A stretch of 64,000 nucleotides of DNA, from assembly GCA_976226885.1 (NCBI GenBank), contig OZ320321.1, forward strand, positions 15,996,001 to 16,060,000, written 5' to 3'. The DNA is from Iphione sp. A-MEVVRFRX5 (taxonomy: Eukaryota). Under the pieces are notes generated by a model. The model was not told where the DNA came from. It saw nothing but the letters and a program-made list of their open reading frames with translations, and did no database searches. Made by a program: the position numbers and the translations under genes. Below, piece after piece: positions 59,801-64,000 of the stretch. The first letter of the stretch is position 1; each line of letters opens with the position of its first letter.

Positions 59801-62305
59801 TTTATGTATCACAGTCAAATAAGGTCCACATTAATGGTATGATGTTCATATCATGGTAATAAGAGAATACTGCCACGCAGTGGTGGTCCAGGCAAGGGAA
59901 TGAGTTTCACTGGACCACACTCTGCCTGCAGCATTTTGAGGTCCAGTGAAACTCGTCTATGCCTGGACTACCCCTGTGTGGTGGAATTCTCTTTATTCCA
60001 TGCTATTCTCAACACACACACACCTAGGGTCCCCATTTAACTTTCTGTTTCAAATTTCTTGTGTTTTCCCTGTGGCATGGCAGTTTTCCCTGTGTTGTTT
60101 TCTGTACAACTTTACACTACAAGGCTTTGATTTATCAAATTATAATTCAAGTTGTTGTTCTCTAGCATGTGATATGTATCCTTTTTGTATCATTAGTTAC
60201 AAGGTCTAGTATCAGGTACAGGGTTATGCAAATTAGAACTCTCAATTCTTTTCTACCCTCAAATCACCCTCAGTTAGGCTCACTCCAGTGTGAACAGGCC
60301 AACATGCTTTTATAAAACCAAAGTTGTCAACAATGCATATATTACAATATATGACTGATGAAAGTTTGAAACTTTAGCCTGAATTTCTAGAAATATAATC
60401 TTTTTTTTTATGAACTATGGCCTCCATCTTCCCCTTTTAATCATCCTCAGTCCACTGGTTGGTTGCTTAGTTCCATATTGGCTTAATGAAAAAAGAACTG
60501 ACTGCTGCTTTCAATGGCAAATGTACCAGTTTTAAACGAGACCTACTTGATTCAAAATATCTACAGTCAATACCCCAAAACCGAACACTCAAAAACCGAA
60601 TTTTTCAAATCCAAACGTTTTTCTGTGATACTAATTGTTTTTCTCTACATTTGTACTCATATAACCGAACATTTTTATCCAAAATTCGAACGATTTTCGG
60701 ACGAATTTTGGCGAGTTTTACTGATTTTTGAACAAATTTGACTGAGTTTTCCCGATTTTTGGACCCATTTGGCTAAGTTAAGGTGATTTTGGACGAATTT
60801 GCAGTGACAATACACCAAAAGTATGTGCAAAAGTGGCCCAAGGCAACAACTCGAAATCCAAAAAAACCGAAATTCGAACAATTTCAGCTGAAATGGCTGG
60901 TGTTTGGTTTCTGAGTAATGACTGTATATAATTTTCTTTTCTAAATGTGCCTTAAATTATACACTGAATAGGGGCTGTCCATTAATTTTGTAAGCATTTT
61001 CATACACTTTTGCATGTCCCCACCTACATGTAATACACACTTCTTTTCTCCCTTAATACATAATTAATGGAAACCCAATAGCTTTAAATACAAACAAAGG
61101 TTACATTCGGTAAACTGCCAATAGCCAAAATGCTTTTCAAAAGGTAACAGTTTCCTTAAGTTCAAATTCAATGTTTCATTAATAAAAGCATCACAACTTC
61201 AATACTGCAACTGGCCATTCTTCCTCAGTTACCACAGCTTCCATTTATACAATTATTTATGAATTTGTCTTTATTGTTCACTCTCAAAGCATCAGGTTGG
61301 ATTTATTTATAAATTCTAGTAATTTCATCTATAGGCACAGATGATCTAAAAGGAAATAGAAGCAGTTAATGTTTATGACTACCATGAAATACTTCTTACT
61401 CTTAAATTCTATACTATCTAATTGTATACCACCGATTAGTGGTATAAACCTGCAGATTTGTAGCATAAACCAGTCTGATTGAAGTGTTTGTGCTTCTGTC
61501 TCACACCTCCCAGACCACTTCAGCCTTCAGAAGAAGCTAGATTGGGGTGTTCTCTCTCACACCTTCTCTCTCACACCTCTGAGCTATCCCTATGGAGGTG
61601 GCCCACCCCTATAGCCAATTTTCATGCTAAAGTCACTGATATTCACTGCAATGTGAAGTCCTCATGTCTCTCTCTCACATCTTCTGGCAGGGCTGGACCC
61701 CTCCAAGTGCTGTCCCTATGGAGGCACTCATCTCTATAGGCTGATCCTATTAAAGACTCTCCCTTGAACATGATTATATAAGCAATATTTTGGTTCTGAG
61801 CTCAACTGTCCCTATTAGAGGCATGTCTCTTAGGAGGCTTTCCACTGTATAGATGAAAATGTAACCAATGATGTTAAACCTGAAAAAAGACCTTCAAATT
61901 TTTCCCTGTGTTTGCCACAAATTTCCACATTCCCTGTGTTTTCCTGGACCGAGAATTTTCATGGCCATTTTCCAAATTTTCCCTGTGCTTTGGGGACCCT
62001 GTTTAGATATTTGTTCAATCCATTTCAAAGCATATTTGTATTTGAATGAAAATAATGAAACTTTGTTTAATAGAACCTTTATGTAGGTATACATACCAGA
62101 ATTTTCCCTGTGTTCTTTCAGTTGCTTGTCAAGAAAATCATTAAAGTTCTGCATCAAACTCTTCATGCGTTTCATTTGGGGCCAGAAAAATGGTACATAG
62201 GCAAGCCATGGCATGAAGTCTGCTGGAACTCCACTGCCGATGACATCATTAGCATCGTCCATGAATGAACACAAACTCACAAATTCTGGGTCATCTACTG
62301 TAAAC
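54100..62305 (-). CDS. Cytochrome P450 (CYP2 clan, CYP1-like), 3' five-exon unit C; 5' exons presumably upstream, in the gap or beyond the window
   Basis: Exons 62097-62305, 59388-59519, 59070-59174 (GAALDT), 58430-58561 (EIMR), 54100-54461 (PERF, FSLGRRQCIG, stop). All open, GT-AG. Confidence 0.92.
56647..58060. mobile_element. Second copy of the same HINE-like family, with (TC)n and a nested insertion at about 57226-57910
   Basis: Shares GTGGACCTGTGAGGTCTATTGTCCCCCGCC, CAGACCTAGGAATCCCTAAA and the 3' palindrome with 34791-35563. The nested segment carries an 82-bp tandem repeat (about 2.5 copies, 57600-57790). Confidence 0.65.
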
Positions 62306-63669
62306 CTGTCAAAAATAAGGAGATTTTAAAATAAAGTTATCCAATCTGTATCAATGAGTATTTTCATTTATGAGTATTGCGCTGCTTAGGATATGTGTCA
62401 GGTCTTAGCTAAATAGCTAGAAATGTACATCTAAAATGCTTTTAGATGACCTGATGCCAATAAAAGACTTTTACTCAGTCATTAGATGTACTAAATGTGC
62501 CTTTTTCCTTCCTTTGGGAAGAAACAACTGGCCAATAACTGAACACTGAAAGGTTACCCAGAGCTATAAAATATGCAGGATTTAGAGGCACCAAGAATGA
62601 AGAACTACAAGCAAAAATAAGAGAGTGGACCTGTGAGGTATGTTGTCTCCGATCTCTACCGCCTATCACCACACTTGCATAATGGATTATCTGCATGAGT
62701 GGACAAAGCTGACTAAAACAATGTTGCACCCCAAATTTCAACTATAAATTACATCAAATAAAAGCAATAAGCCGGTGGCATATGTCCATAAGGGTAAGTA
62801 TCGCATCCAACTTTGCATTGATTTTACCTTGGGGAAATGATGTTATAAAACGAACCAGTTTGTGATGGAAAGTTTGAACAGTTTGTCAGTAGGGATCCTA
62901 AGGTCCCCCACTCCTCTTAAACAAGCAACTTTCTGCATTGTAATTCGACCCTAACAAGGTTAAGATGCAAGAAATACAAAGTTAGACAATGCCCAAGCCT
63001 CCTAGCAATGAGTAAGGCCAAGTTTCCTTATCGCGGAATCTGAGTGTCTGGGTGCAGTGGTCAACTGGGGCCTTGCAGGAAGTTTTTCCTGCAGGGCACT
63101 GGACACCTGGTTTCCTTACCTGTGGAATGCTAGCTGTGTAGCACTAGGCCTCTCCTCAGCCACTTCCCAGCCTCTTCCTGGGAAATGTGCTAAAAACAAG
63201 TTCGACCGCAACAGCGACGAAAACCGCCAAATTTGATGGGAACAGCAACGCAATACCGACGAATTTAACGGGAAAAAACGGCGAATTTTACAGCGAAAGG
63301 TATCGAAAACGGCGCATTTGATGGGAAAAGCAGTGAGGACCAGAGAATTTAATGGGAATATGTGCTTTCAAGTGCCGTAATGTGCTGTAATCATGTTTCT
63401 AAACTCGCCAACGGACCATCGAAGGCCATCCAGGACCATCCTGGTCTGTGTAAAATTTACAAACATGACCAATACGGGACACAAGCAGCCCCACCCACCC
63501 TCTGACGCGTTTGACACCCTCCAGTGATATCAACCTGCTCAATGAAAATACAAACCAACACACACTAATGCACACACACAGGTCAGGAAACCGGGCCTTA
63601 GTTTTTATAAAACAGCTCTCACAAGTGCACCAAGTGAGGAGATTCCCGGAAGTGAGATCATAACAGGGA

Positions 63670-63828
63670 NNNNNNNNNNNNNNNNNNNNNNNNNNNNNNN
63701 NNNNNNNNNNNNNNNNNNNNNNNNNNNNNNNNNNNNNNNNNNNNNNNNNNNNNNNNNNNNNNNNNNNNNNNNNNNNNNNNNNNNNNNNNNNNNNNNNNNN
63801 NNNNNNNNNNNNNNNNNNNNNNNNNNNN
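63670..63828. other. Assembly gap (N run)
   Basis: 159 consecutive N. Confidence 1.
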
Positions 63829-64000
63829 GCGCCAGAGACAGAGAAAGATAGTACAACCAGTATAAGCGCCAAAGGCACTTGTGATAAACAAATTAGAATG
63901 GTAAGAAAGTAAAAGGAAACCTTCTCATCCATCACTTATTCTACATCAGCATTATTCCATATCTACAAAAGAACAAACTGCCAACTCATCTTAGTTCTTA

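Noticed and set aside
63399-63935. ORFs spanning the N run
   Set aside because: They are open only because of the assembly gap.
62310-64000. Searched for the upstream CYP exon ending in phase 2; candidate donor at about 63118
   Set aside because: The translation (ATQLAFHR) does not resemble the E-helix end of a CYP, so the 5' half is not demonstrable in this window.

Overview
AT-rich, intron-containing animal (probably invertebrate; inferred) genomic DNA with one assembly gap at 63670-63828. No rRNA, tRNA or CRISPR array was found. Two host loci lie head-to-tail on the minus strand. (1) A complete 14-exon soluble guanylate cyclase gene (H-NOX, PAS/H-NOBA, coiled coil, cyclase; 680 aa; 26002 to 3054) was reconstructed by hand with all GT-AG junctions and phases consistent. 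(2) Three tandem cytochrome P450 units (CYP2 clan, CYP1-like) lie at 29678-37227, 39348-45084 and 54100-62305. Each unit has only the last five exons (about 312 aa). All 15 exons are open and phase-matched, the two internal junctions share one breakpoint, and no N-terminal exons were found between units. This points to one gene whose shared 5' half (outside the window or in the gap) is spliced to three alternative multi-exon 3' halves, which is the top finding. Also notable: a NADAR/YbiA-like ORF in sGC intron 7 that is split by a MITE and restored in frame when the MITE is removed, and repeated tandem arrays seeded at splice junctions. The rest is TE debris (LINEs, a Penelope-like element, a piggyBac-like element, HINE-like elements, MITEs, SINEs) and microsatellites. 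All alignments were done by eye, and TE and repeat boundaries are approximate.
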